From Hormiphora californensis (lineage: Eukaryota > Animalia > Ctenophora): a stretch of 64,000 nucleotides of DNA. The stretch covers positions 744,001 through 808,000 of the forward strand of contig CM035355.1 in NCBI GenBank assembly GCA_020137815.1. The letters are read 5' to 3'. The position numbers and the translations under genes are program-made. Of this stretch, positions 11,249 through 49,431 are shown piece after piece. How positions within the stretch are numbered: the stretch's first letter is position 1; each line of letters starts with the position of its first letter. Below the pieces are notes generated by a model. The model made no database searches and was not told where the DNA came from. It saw only the letters and a list, made by a program, of their open reading frames with translations.

Positions 11249-14120
11249 GTGCTGCGGACAGGTGTTCTGTTAAATGCCCAGTCCTGCAACCCAAGTGCAC
11301 AGAGCAGATGCGCTTGGAAGTTGCCCTATCTTCGGGAGAAGATTGAGACGATCCCGGGGATAGTTCCTTTTGTCGCCGTGACGGAGACCTGGCTGAAACC
11401 CTATGTTGAGGATAGTCAGATATCCCACGGCTGGGAAAAGTACAGGGTTCACCGGTGTGACCGAAGGCACCGTACTGGTGGTGGGGTGATGCTCTTGTCA
11501 CACTTTAACCTACCCTTGGAAGATCATGTTAAAATGGACAAAGACAGCTGCCAGCTTTTGTTATGTTCTTCCTCGCCTAGCAAATGGATACTCGGTGTCA
11601 TGTACAGATCCCCCACGGCTCCAGTAGACGATTTTAGGGCATGCCTGGATGAAGTCAAGCGGTATATAGATGATAGACCGGACTACACTGTATGCCTTAT
11701 GGGAGACTTCAACGTGCCTGAAATCTCCTGGGATCCCCCAGTAGCTAACCCTAGGAGTCCCACGAGTGATGTGTTGATGCGATTTACGGAGGATTCTCTA
11801 CTCTCCCAGTACATTGATGCACCATCCAGAGGGAGAAACTACCTAGATTTAGTTTTCAGTAATTCAGAAAGACTGGTTAGTTGGGCAACAGCGAGAGATA
11901 CCAAACTCTCGGATCACAGATTGGTTGAATTTGGCCTCAACCGGGACCCCTGCTCAGTTTCAAGAGAAACTGTCCCACCAAGGTTTGCCGCGGATGAATT
12001 TCGCTCTTTGGATATCCGTCGGGCAGACATTAAAGCGATTAGTGAGTACCTGAATATGGTGAAGTGGAAGGACGTCTTTGAAAAGTGTACTGTAGACGAA
12101 CTTCCACGTGTATTCAGAGATATCCTCTTCCAGGCTGCTCAGATTTTCACTCCACGCAAGAAACCAAGGAGAGGAAAACCAAATAGGGTCCGGAAGCTAG
12201 CTAGGAAGAAGAGGGCTCTCCAGACGAGACTCACTAAAGTACTGGAAGATGAAAGCTCTCCAGAAGAGCAGATCAGAGCGATGGAGAAACGATTGAACGA
12301 GTTGCACTGGCAAATCCGAGAGGCTGTTATGAATGACAAATGCAAACAGGAGGAGCTAGCACTAGCGAAAATGCGTGAAAACTCGAAGTATTTCTACAGT
12401 ACGCCAAACGATTTGCTGGAGAAAGTAGTAGGATATCTGCTCTCCGTGATGAAGACGGAGAGATGTGTACTGACGACAGAGAAATTGCAGAAGTTCTATC
12501 TATGCAGTTCAAGGCTGTTTTTAGTAACCCGGTCGAGGCAGAGTCGACGGTTGGAAGCGAGATTGTTGTTCCAGATTCCGTTGAGCCGAGAGACGGGGAT
12601 ATCGACTTCTCCCAGGGGGATATACTTGAGGCCATCAAAGATATGAAGGCAGACTCAGCGGCGGGTCCAGATGGTATTCCGGCGTTGCTGCTCAAACAGT
12701 GTGCTGATTCTGTTTTCCTACCCCCTATACTTGATGTGGAAGAGATCCCTCGGCGAAGGTGTTTGTTCCTTCATCAAGCAAGGAGTCTCTGGTGACTCCG
12801 CTCTTCAAAAAGGCAGGTAGAGCCCTGGCTGCCAACTACCGTCCCGTTTCGCTCACAGATCACACCATCAAAATTTTCGAGAGAGTTGTCCGAAAGAAGC
12901 TGGTTGACCACTTTGAGTCAAATGATCTGTTTAATGATATACAGCACGGGTTTCGAAGAGGAAAGAGCACTCTTACCCAGCTTATTGACCACTTTGACGA
13001 GGTACACCGAAATCCCGGAGGGAAAAGGGACACGGACTCTCTGTCCAGACTAAGAAAAGGCTTTCGACGTGTTACCAGGGTATCAATCAGGAATTTGGAA
13101 ATACCGGGTTCTGAGGGCCCATCAAGGGGGATCCGTCTTTTCTGGAAGTGGGTCCACGGTTCTGGGACGGCTGCCTTCTAAGCAGTACTGGTCAAAAGCG
13201 GATTTCCCTCAGGTTCGGTGTTGGAACCTTTCCTATTCTTTTTGTTTTTAAAGACATATCACAGTGTGTCCGGGAAAAGCACACTAGATGTTTTGCTGAT
13301 ATACGAAAATTTCCCAAAGTATGGGTGGAGAGATGACATGATAATCCTCCAAGAGTTTTTGGAGGCTTTTACCAGCATGGCCCTGAAAACAACATATACA
13401 TCAGATAAATTTGAATATCGCTTCATGGAGCACAAGGGGTCCTCTCTCCCCCGCAACTGCCATTCACCCAAAAAACTACTATCTTACACAACTGAGGCTG
13501 GAATCCTGGGAACCCAAATTACAGTTAAGATCTTGGTGTGCTAGTTAAGCCGATCTAGAGGGGGGGGAACCTAAGGGCGATTGCCGAAGCGGCGCCCCAA
13601 AGCATCTTTGGGCCCCGATGTCTTCAAAAACACGGGACAGAGAAGCTATATAAATTTGTATAAGGTTGGTCAGGAGCCTGTCGTACTGTTGCCCTCCTGG
13701 GGTCCGACTAAGAAGGGGTATCGATACTTTAGGGGTGCACGTTCCCTTTACCAACGTATGCGGAGTGTAAAGGGAAAAGACCCACTGGCCCCCGCCTTCA
13801 GTACTCCGTATCAGCTCCCTACAAAGCAGGGGAAAGGGTTAATTATTCCATTGTGGGGGAACTCTTCAGGGGCCCTCTAATGACATCGGAGTACAATTTA
13901 CCGCCCGGGGCCACGGGAACCAGAGCGTGGTTCGAAAATTGTAAGAACTCTCTTAGGCCGCACAGTCACAACGTGGATCCTTGCTGTGATGGGCCGAGGC
14001 CGGAACTGCTTCCCTGCTAAATTAACCAAATCACTGAGTTCCAGGGTTTTCAAAAATCATTTCAAAATTTCTGGACGCGATACCAGACCAACCTCCAGTC
14101 GCTGGGTATACGCGGAGATC
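11249..14120 (+). pseudogene. LINE ORF2 endonuclease/reverse transcriptase (frameshifted after ~12400)
   Basis: Intact APE domain in 11249-12400; RT motifs continue across frames (ORFs 12463, 12759 and later). The frameshifts coincide with degrading sequence quality. Confidence 0.8.
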
Positions 14121-14599
14121 CCCAAAAAGTGTTCTTTTATAGTACCATGGGGAGTTGCAAAAGCGATACCCCCCCCGGACGAGCGTAGCCCCGAACTACA
14201 CAAAGAACAGAAGTAAAAAATAAACCCGATAGATTTCTCAAACAATTAGAACTTATGCTGCAGGGGCAGGTACCTGCAAAACAGTATGGGGGATTTTGTT
14301 TTGCTATCGAGTTTAAGGTAGCTACAGTGTGCACGTGTAGCGGTATAACTAATCGTTTCGTTTTGGGAAATAACAATTTTTAACTGACACTCTCTAACTG
14401 AACTATATTGTACGGGTTCTACTACTAAGACAAGCTAACCTGTAAACGCTTGACAGCCAATCAGTCCGGAGCCAGCCCTAACTGTCATATATATCCTAAT
14501 TATTCAGACAGGACAGGTATAGTTAGGAGTGTCAAAGAACAGGGGCATCTCAGGAGTAACCTGTTGAGCCTTTGGGGTTTCGGTACGGGTGCATGTCAA

Positions 14600-16760
14600 G
14601 AAAAAGGGAAAAATTTTAAGGGGGAGGGAAAGAAAAAAAAGGGGACCTTTTAGGAGAGAAGGGAGAGAAAAGGAAAAGAAAAGAGAGAGAAAAAGAAAGA
14701 TAAGGGGAAGGGGAAAAAAGGGGGGAAGAGAATTTTGGTAAAAAAAATAAAAATTATTTGACCAAATCCACTAGAAGATTCTTTACACCCCATTCTTACC
14801 TTACTACTCAATTTTAACAAAACGGGTTTTCTTAATCCCCCCACAACACAACCCCCTTGCTCCCCCCCCCCCTATCCCCCCGAAAAAGGGGGCATTCTCA
14901 AAAAGGGGGGTCTCACAGTGTGTCCTCACCATTAAAATATCATCACACCAAAAATTTTCTTTAAAAAAAACATTTTCCATTCCTCGAACATATAAAACAA
15001 CTCTTTAAAACTTTGGAACATTTGGGAAATTTAATGTCGGGGCATTTAAAAACGTTTGTCGGGGGCCCCGGTAACAGGAACTTTGGGAAAAATCTTGGGT
15101 GCAGTAGAGATAGAATGAGGGGCGTCGGGCGCAATGAATCGTTGGGGGGGGGTAAGCGTTTTACATATTATATTTTCCCCCCAATTTTTAAATAAAGGGG
15201 GAAAAATTTTCAAGACGATCAGAAGTGCATTTGGTTTAAGAACGTCAAATACCAGCATGTACTATCCTTCCACACTTTACAGGGGGAGGAGTGGAAAGTG
15301 TGCTCGATCTTTTGGGGATAATAGAGGGCCTGATGATGGCCAAATAAACAACTTCCAACCATGTGTTATGAGGAGGAAAGGTTTTAAAAAAAAAAAAAAA
15401 GTTATTAGGGTGGGGGGGAAAAAAAAAGGGGAGGACAAGGGCTAGAAGGAAGGAGAAAGAAATTTTTCAAGACCTGACCAAAAAGTTAACCCAAAATGAC
15501 CCGATAGGGAATTAATAAAGAACGTAATAAATAAACAACCGCCCCCGTTTCCCCCCCATGAACGAAAACGATATTAAAGGCTTACCACCAGGGACCACAG
15601 TGGACCCCTCCTTCCCAAAAAAACCAAAAAAATGACTTTAAAGACGAAAAAGAGTTTCCCGAGAAATAAAAACAGGTTTTAAAAACTTTGGATTGCTGGG
15701 GATTAAAAAGTAGGGGGCCCGGGGGGACAAAAGGGGAGAGAGAATAAGAGGGGGAGGGGAATGGGGGAGAGGGAGGGAGGTAAGCGAAGATAAAAGGCCA
15801 AAGTTGGAAGGAGGGGGAATAAATTTTAAAAGGGAAAAGAGAGGTGTGGGATAGAAGTCAAAGGTGAGGATTTCCCAAAAGGGGGGAGGAGAGAAATGCC
15901 AAAAGGGGTTAAAGGGAAAATTTTAAAAAAATTTAAACCATTTTTTAAAGAAAGTCTACCAAATTCCGGAACAGGAGGGGTAGGAAACTAACCACTGGGA
16001 AAAGTGTGAGAACAACCCTGAAGGAAATTTGTCAAATTTAATCGGACCCCGGGTAAAGGAAAGTTTTTACACTTCCCCCTTTTTGGACTCCATTTAATGT
16101 CCCTAAAGGGGATGGGCTGATCAAAAATTTAAAAGGGGCCCATTAAAATTTTTATGGTTTATAACTTTTAATTTCGGGGGCCCAAAGCACCCTTAGGGGA
16201 GGGGGCCCACCCAAAAACCCCCAAACAAAAAAAAGGAATTTTGGGGGGAAATAGAAAAGAGCAAAACAAAGGGTATATGTAGGATTTTCCCAGAATTACA
16301 CAAAATCCTTTGCAGTTTTGCCCCCTTTTTTTTCCCCCTTTTTTTGGGGCTCTTTTGGTCTTTTGTTCCCTTTTATCCTTTTTCCTCCCCGATTCCCTTT
16401 CCCCCCTTAAATTTCCCCCATTTATCCTTTATCCTTCTCCCATTTGTTTTGGATTTGGGTGGGGCCCCGGGGAAAACCCCGTGGAATTATTATCAATCAA
16501 CTTTTTAATTCTCCACTTAATTAATTGGAATCCTTTCTCCCCTTTCCCTTTCCCGGCCGGGTTTCCCTTTCTGTTTTCCCGCTTTTTTTTTTTTGAAATT
16601 TTGGTTTTTTCCCCGTTCCCCCCGGGTTTTTTGTTTTTTTTTTTCCCCCTTTTTCCCCCCCCCCCCCGGGGGGGGGGGGGGGGGAAAAAAAAAAAAGGGG
16701 GGGTCCCGGGGGGGTTTTTTAAAAAAAAAAAATTTTTCCCCCCTTTTCCCCCCTTTTATT
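14600..16760. other. Low-quality, homopolymer-inflated sequence
   Basis: Long runs of A/T/G/C with no coherent ORFs; typical of unpolished long-read consensus. Confidence 0.7.
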
Positions 16761-17528
16761 AAAGGAGTCAGGACCTGGGCGAGAGAGCGGCGACAAACAA
16801 CCACGCCGAACCAACCAACTAAGAAGCAAACCCAACCGATCCCTGCCTTACACTAAAGAACAAGGAGCAAACACTCCTTCTCCCTTATTAGGGAGAACAA
16901 AACAGCCCTGACACGGGCTACACAAGCGCACCTATAATTTATAGAGAGAGTTTTGTTTATAGTCATTTATGGGTCAGCGTGGGAAAGGGAGGTGCCTTTT
17001 TCATAGAGTAGGTAGTCGAGGGGTCTCGTTTTAGATAGGATTGCATATTACAGTTATCACTGACTTGGTAATGGATTTCCTATATAATGCATTAATAGGG
17101 GTGACTTCGTAACCAATTTACTGACCCGCTTACAATACTTTTCAGCCAAGCATATTCTATCATTATGATAGTATCATATTTCAGGTGTCTACCACATCTC
17201 AGTAATACCTTTCTGTACATACGCAGGGCACAACTCCCGAGTGGAGATCCATTCATTGCACCCCCACCCCCATTCTCATTTTTAGGTACGACAGCAGAAA
17301 TTCACAAATCATGATTCAACTTTCAGGTCACCCTTATTCTAATCCCCCGGTTCTCTGGCTCTTCCTTGCACTTAGGTCCCTGCTCTCTACTTTATCTCTC
17401 CCTTTCTCTCTTTTAGAATTTCGGGTATGCCTCTTCTCACGCAGTTTCCCCCGTGGCAGTCTTTTATAGTCGTTGTTTTGGCTATTCCCTAATTGCATTT
17501 ATTCCCTTTCTTCTTAATCTTTGGGTCT

Positions 17529-17674
<146 letters not shown>

Positions 17675-18161
17675 CTCCCTCTTTTATAGTCTCCTTCTCT
17701 CTCTCCCTCCATCTCCCTCGCGCTCTCTCTCTCTCTCACTCCCTCTCTTTATCTCTGCGTTTTCAAAGTTCTTTTTCTTCACCTCATCTTATCACTGGGG
17801 AAGGTGGACCGTGTCACAATACATATATATTATTGTGGCACTGAACATCTACAAAAAGTCGGCCATACCATGCAAGCCAATTCAGCCAGCACTTACCGCA
17901 GCAATCTGCGTTCAGCACCAACCATGCACCCACGTCACCTACCCGGCTTATTCTTCTTTATGGCCACTCTGCCCCCTGGAGAGAGGATTACTTATTCCAA
18001 GCTGCGTTTAATTCAATCTATTGGACTTATGGGAGGATTAGGCCGGTTTTGGAGGTTGTTCAGGGAGGGTTTTGTTGGTCGGGTGGATTTTGTTTAGTTG
18101 GTCGCAGTGGGGTAGCCTCCTGGCACAGTTATCCTCTCTCCCTGCCTCGTCTTTACTCTAC

Positions 18162-18308
<147 letters not shown>

Positions 18309-19264
18309 ATCGACAGTCTGTCAGTCTGCCGATGGGAGCCAGCCAGGATTTATCCTTTTCTAACCACCCTCTTATCCCTGCCTATCTATATCTATCTCTC
18401 ACTCGATCTCTCTCCCTTTTCTCTATTTTTTTATCCTTACCCTGGAGCAGCTCATCATTTCTCACGAACATACCATACCGCACGAACAGCACACGGCTAT
18501 CACTACCGTCCCACACACGAACATATCCATGCTTGATCACGAACATTTGACCCTTCCTTCCACACCCTGCTTTCAACTAGTCTCTAAGGTGTCGTCATAT
18601 GCAACGTCAAGAAGTCTAGTTGACTACATACTGCAAGCTTTACTGTCAGTGATTGGGCAACAGAATTGCATAGAGCACCAGTGATTGGGTGTTCGCAGTA
18701 TACGGTTAATACCGGTTTCAACTGGATGGCAGCAGAGATCATATCCGTCAACTCCACCTCACATGTATGTTATATAGACGCTGTCAGACTTAGCCCGCCT
18801 GACCTGCCTTCGTGATTGAAGCAAATAGGGTCAGGCAATTGTCTGACAGGGTTCACATGATGAGGTGGGGGTGACAGATATAGGAACGATGAAGACATGA
18901 AAAAAAAAAAGAAAAAAAAAAGAGGATATCAGATTTCGAAAACGAAAAAAATAATTAATTATCAAACAGTAGTAGTAAATTTTAAGAACCCAAAAAAGGC
19001 CCCCAAAACCAAAACCCAAAATATAAAACACTACCGCCCCATCCTATATCGCCATCCTAAACTCAATCGAACAATAATGGGAGTAGAAACCGGGTATCAC
19101 GGTATTCTTAACAACATGATACTCAGTTGCCAAAACGTACCAATATATTCAACCTTTTACCGACTAGTTTGGCGTAACTACGGGGTATATGGGGGTAGAC
19201 ATTGGCATGGGCTCGCTCTGCCTCGTGCCTCCGCTCCTCAGCTGACAAGAAAGGAATATTATTA

Positions 19265-19765
19265 GGATAGATTAGAATGAGAGAGGAGGTATTAGGAGGA
19301 TAGGAAGGAGAGAGAGGTATTAGGGAGGATTAGGATGGAGAAAAGAGGGAGGTATTGGGAGAGTAGGGATGGGAGGGAGAGTATTAGGGAGGATTAGGGA
19401 TGGAAAAAGAGGGGAGGTCTTAGGGAGGTTGGGATGGATAGGGAGGTATTAGGATAGGGATTAGGGATGGAAGAGGGAGGGTATTAGATAGGGATCAGGA
19501 ATGAGAGGGAGGTATATTAGGATAGGATTAGGGATGGAGAGGGAGGTATTAGGGAGGATTAGGGATGGAGAGGGAGGTATTAGGATAGGATTAGGGATGG
19601 AGAAAAGAGGGAGGTATTAGGATAGGATTAGGGATGGAGAAAATAGGGAGGTATTAGGGAGGATTAGGGATGGAGAGGGAGGTATTAGGATAGGATTAGG
19701 GATGGAGAAAAGAGGGAGGTATTAGGGAGGATTAGGAATGGAGAAAAGAGGGAAGTATTAAGAAG
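19265..19765. repeat. G-rich 30-36-bp minisatellite (GGGAGGTATTAGGATAGGATTAGGGATGGAGA-like)
   Basis: About 15 degenerate units, strongly purine-skewed, with TTAGGG motifs. Confidence 0.8.
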
Positions 19766-20120
19766 GAAGAGTGAGCGGAATTAGGATATGGGAGGAGAAG
19801 GAGTACGCGTGCCGACAGATGAAGCTGCAGACCACTGGAGGCTCTATAGTTAACTAAACACTGAGATTCTGGACTGTAACACTGAGAAAAAGGGAATTTA
19901 GTAGGTTCCCGTTTTCCCTGCCTAAATTCACATATACGTCTCTGAGGAGGGTTGTCTCTGTAAGGAGGTTGTGTACAGCAGAACTACGAAAAGCAGGAAA
20001 ATTGGCCCAGTGGGGCGGTAATAGAACTACCAGTTCACACACACACATGTGTGTGAGAATCAAGCTCACGCCCCATTGATGTACCAAAATGAGGAAATAT
20101 AATTAGTGACCACAACATGA

Positions 20121-20208
20121 TATAGGCGGACCCTGATTTACCGTGCACCCCGATTAACCGGGTACAGCTCTTTCCCAGAGTATACCGGTAAATCGGGGTT
20201 CGACTGTA
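20121..20208. mobile_element. Short MITE with TACAGTCGAACCCCGATTTACCG-type TIRs (Tc1/mariner-pogo-like)
   Basis: Imperfect TIRs with TA ends. Related copies at 23087-23177, partial at 30776-30800 and 1-19. Confidence 0.55.
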
Positions 20209-20594
20209 CACGTATGTTTCCCGTGACGTTATACCTGTGTCATTGCTGGGAAGGGAGAAGGCAGGGAGAAAGTAGTCACCTCTTGAGTTGCCATCTACTG
20301 TAGTCATCATGCTAACAACAGAAATTTATGGGAAATTAAGGATAATTCTGGGAAATATTAACAGAGGGAGTAATATTGTAATATTAGGCCGTAAGTTTCA
20401 GGAATATTCCGGAGAAAAATCACAGAAAGGGCGCCTATTAAGTAGTAGTTTGAAACTGTTTATAGCCGGGATAGATGGACCTCTAAAACAAACAATCCTA
20501 TCTCCAAATGAGAATATTTCAATATGTAATTTACAAAAGAGGTACCTCGCGCTCAACAATAACTTATACACAAATGTTTATTTCAGATGTAACA

Positions 20595-23268
20595 CTATTG
20601 TGCAGCCTTGGCCGTTTCAAGTCGTCTCTCCCAGAATGGTAGGACTTCACTATCACCGGGAACTTCTTCTGAAATCTTTTTTAACAGATCGACCTGATCC
20701 AGTCGAGCTTTGATTTTCCTCTGCATCCACAGGGGTGCGTCTTCTGGTACCTGAATGAGGCATGGGATGACTTAACAATTCTGAAGAATGTGAGATATCG
20801 GATATAAGATAATGGGGACTTACCGCATACATCCTATTGACCCATCGAAGTACCGATCCTCAGTCTGTAGAGCAATACACGCCATACAATCTGAAAAAAG
20901 ATTATGCAATTATAAAGCCACAACTACCGTGTCACAACAACTCTTAAATCATAAAGCATGCGTAAGATTACAGGATTGTGAATCTACTTACATCCAACAC
21001 CTGTTGTCAGGGCGTGGAGCTGGGGCTTCCAGAAGCAGGGCATCTCATTAACCATCTAGATCGATTGCCACGGCAAAGCCAAGGCCGCTTACTCACCAAA
21101 TATACAAGTCCCGAAGATAAACGGTTTAATAAGATTTCCTACAGACAAAACACGCGTGTTCTTTCGGTTTGGAACAAAAGTTTGCGTTTCGAAAAATTAA
21201 AACTTTTTTTGCAGCTCTGGTAAAGCTCCCGGCCTGGTTCAAAGCCCCGTATAAATTTAAAAAGTCCGCGCGTTACATTAACCAAATGCCGCACAAAATG
21301 TCTGCTCATAATACGCGCGCCGCCGTAAAAATTTTCGGTTGTTTTAAAAAATATTTTGCAACACCCTCACCTGGGCTTCGAACTGAATCAATTGGAATTC
21401 GTCGACTCAGTGGCACTGCGATACGGGTTTGAGGACCATACCTTGTCCTGTTCAACCGGGGGCTATTCCATCCTCCGTCACGACAACATCAGGGACCTAA
21501 TGGCGGAGATATGCTCGTATGCGGGCCTCAAAGGTGTGGAAACAGAGAAGCTACTTCTCCCTTGTCCGGACGGCATACACTTTCACCCTTCGGCAAACAC
21601 AGCCCCTGATGCAAGGATGGATGTGGTCGCACTTGACATGTGGCGAAAAATGCAGCTAGCTCATATGGATGTGCGAATTTTCCATGCCAATTCGCCCTCC
21701 TTTATCGACACGCCCCTCGACCAACTCTACCGAAGAAACGAGGCTAGCAAGAAGCAGTCGTACGGAAAACGTGTACGAGAAGTTGAAGGGGGTGCCTTCT
21801 CTCCGCTGGTTATGAATACAGCAGGTGGAATAGCCAATGAGTTCCAAAAGGTGCTAAAGACTCTCTCACACCGAGTTTCCACAAGAACCGGAGAACCGTA
21901 CAGTGAAGTGATGGCGCACCTGAGGACGAGGCTACGATTCTCCCTCCTGAGATCATGCCTTATTGCATTAAGAGGAAATAGGAGGAAGATTGCTATCACT
22001 AGTCTTACAAATACTGAACTGGTGACCTGAAGAAGAATGAGAAGAACTTGAGGATCCGAGGATGAATTGATCCGAGGATGAATTGATTTATTGTTTCGTT
22101 TCGTCAATTTAAAAAAAAATTTTCTTTTTTCTTTTTTCTTTTTTCAAGAACCCCGATTTAAACGGATTATGAGGGTGTGTTGGTAATTTATTGTGCTATA
22201 ACAAGAATTATTGCATTATGTATTCATAATGCGGTGTTTCCCTGTAAAATTGATGAATGAGCTTCAAATTTAAATTTTCCAATGAATTTTGTTGCCTTGT
22301 TCGACCCTCCCTCCTATAAAATAAAAAGGTTTGAACAAAACAAGAATTTTGCACTTTAAGAGCAATTTTTGGCTGATACGATGTTAGTTGCTATGGTAAC
22401 CAGGGTGGTTGCTATGGTAACCAAGGCAGTTGCTATGATAACTAAGACAGTTGCTTAGGAGACCCTAGTTGGTGACCAAGCGCTTCACCTTTACCCTCAG
22501 GCCTCAGTCATCTTAGCACCAGTCACTTGCTATTATTGTGTGATAGTAGTTTCATGCTTGGAAGACTTGCTACCACGTCATGGTACGGCTGTAGGGTACC
22601 CAAAGTGATTTCAGGTGAAAGTAGGAAGTGATAAGAGTGAGTAATTGCGCGCCACAATGCGTATTAATCATTTCCTTTGTTGCATTAACAAAGTTTGAGT
22701 TGAAAGACTTATGAAGGAGCAGACTTTTTTACTATGTGTAACGGTGGACAGACGGACGGACGGACATTTACACTACACAATCTGCTGATTTCTAAACCCT
22801 GAATGATCTTTTTAGCACGTGCGTGCTAAAAACATCACCCGGGCAGGGAAAAAATATTTTGCATTTTCTTTTTTCTTTTTTCAAGAACCCCGATTTAAAC
22901 GGATTATGAGGGTGTGTTGGTAATTTATTGTGCTATAACTTTCGTATTTAAACCCCGTTGACTTTCGAGATACGTGAGCAGAGAGAGGGAGAATGATGGT
23001 GTGTTGGTAATTTATATATTTTTGTCAATTTAAACCCCGAATTACTGGGACTTGGGAGGATAAACTTTCCCCGATGTAGGAAATTTTACAGTGTTTGACC
23101 CCAGTTTACCGGTTACCCCGCTTTACCGGACAAAATCCTTTCCCACGAGCATCCTGGTAAATCGGGGTCCGGATGTATTGGCCGTTTTCGTCACTCAACC
23201 TTCCCTACGAGTGCGACATAACTCGCCTTACTGCCTCGTTCTCCCAATTCTTCTGAAAAAATAAACAT
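20595..23268 (-). CDS. Putative small mitochondrial complex I subunit B14.5b/NDUFC2-like gene with an in-frame TGA; 5' exon structure uncertain
   Basis: Phase-consistent GT-AG exons 21055-20992, 20864-20824, 20750-20595 give MVNEMPCFWKPQLHALTTGVGY*GSVLRWVNRMYAVPEDAPLWMQRKIKARLD...; the P..F.KP..H....G.G pattern recalls B14.5b proteins (from memory). Candidate upstream exons 21138-21097 and 23268-23232. AATAAA shortly after the TAG. Confidence 0.4.
21362..22110 (+). mobile_element. 5'-truncated CRE-clade non-LTR retrotransposon (restriction-like endonuclease domain)
   Basis: LRYG...DHTLSC..GG...RHD.IRD...ARMDV...DVRIF...E..KK..Y...VEGG.F.PLV...GG...LRFSLLRS...LRG.R matches the C-terminal RLE region of CRE-type elements. 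Confidence 0.75.
22200..22862 (-). mobile_element. Helentron-associated non-autonomous element (HINE/DINE-1-like), copy A
   Basis: Subterminal IR TTTCCCTG, 5' palindrome TTTTTAGCACG.GTGCTAAAAA, (GTCC)n microsatellite, 3' hairpin GCATTATG..CATAATGC (22213-22232) and end CTTGTT; matches copy B. Confidence 0.7.
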
Positions 23269-23459
23269 GGGGCTGCGAGACAACGAACAGTTAACTTTTA
23301 TTCATCTCTTTTTCGAGTTTGTCACCCTACTCCCTAGTCATACAATATCTGGTCGGTGTTTGAGTCCTCCCCCAGACACAGAATTCGTTCACCATTAATT
23401 TAAGTGACCAGTCGATTCATTGTAATACTTCAATAACTTTTCTCAACACCCTAGACTCA

Positions 23460-49431
<25,972 letters not shown>

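Larger units (their letters stand above)
8611..11273 (+). pseudogene. LINE ORF1 (PHD-like finger, acidic tract, 3 CCCH fingers), split by an LTR-element insertion; 469 aa when rejoined
   Basis: Joining 8611-9172 to 10426-11273 gives one open frame (...KISSRIA|TPNRSRTG...). Contains CAEC...CFLC....H.C...WLCEPC, then three C-C-C-H units. Confidence 0.85.
8532..14225 (+). mobile_element. Near full-length CR1-group LINE (ORF1 plus APE/RT ORF2)
   Basis: ORF1 with zinc fingers. ORF2 APE motifs (VTETWL, GGGV, YRSP, GDFN, LDL, SDH) and RT motifs (GPDGIP, NYRPVSLT, QHGFR). The 3' half is frameshifted in low-quality sequence. The interrupted 319-bp unit resumes at ~14228. Confidence 0.85.

Noticed and set aside
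12400-14200. Programmed or biological frameshifts in the LINE RT region
   Set aside because: Indel density rises with falling sequence quality, so assembly error is the simpler explanation.
14650-16856. F/P/G/K-rich ORFs (also at 24.6-27.4 kb)
   Set aside because: Products of homopolymer-inflated, low-quality sequence.
19265-19765. Interstitial telomere
   Set aside because: TTAGGG occurs only once or twice per unit, not as a tandem hexamer array.
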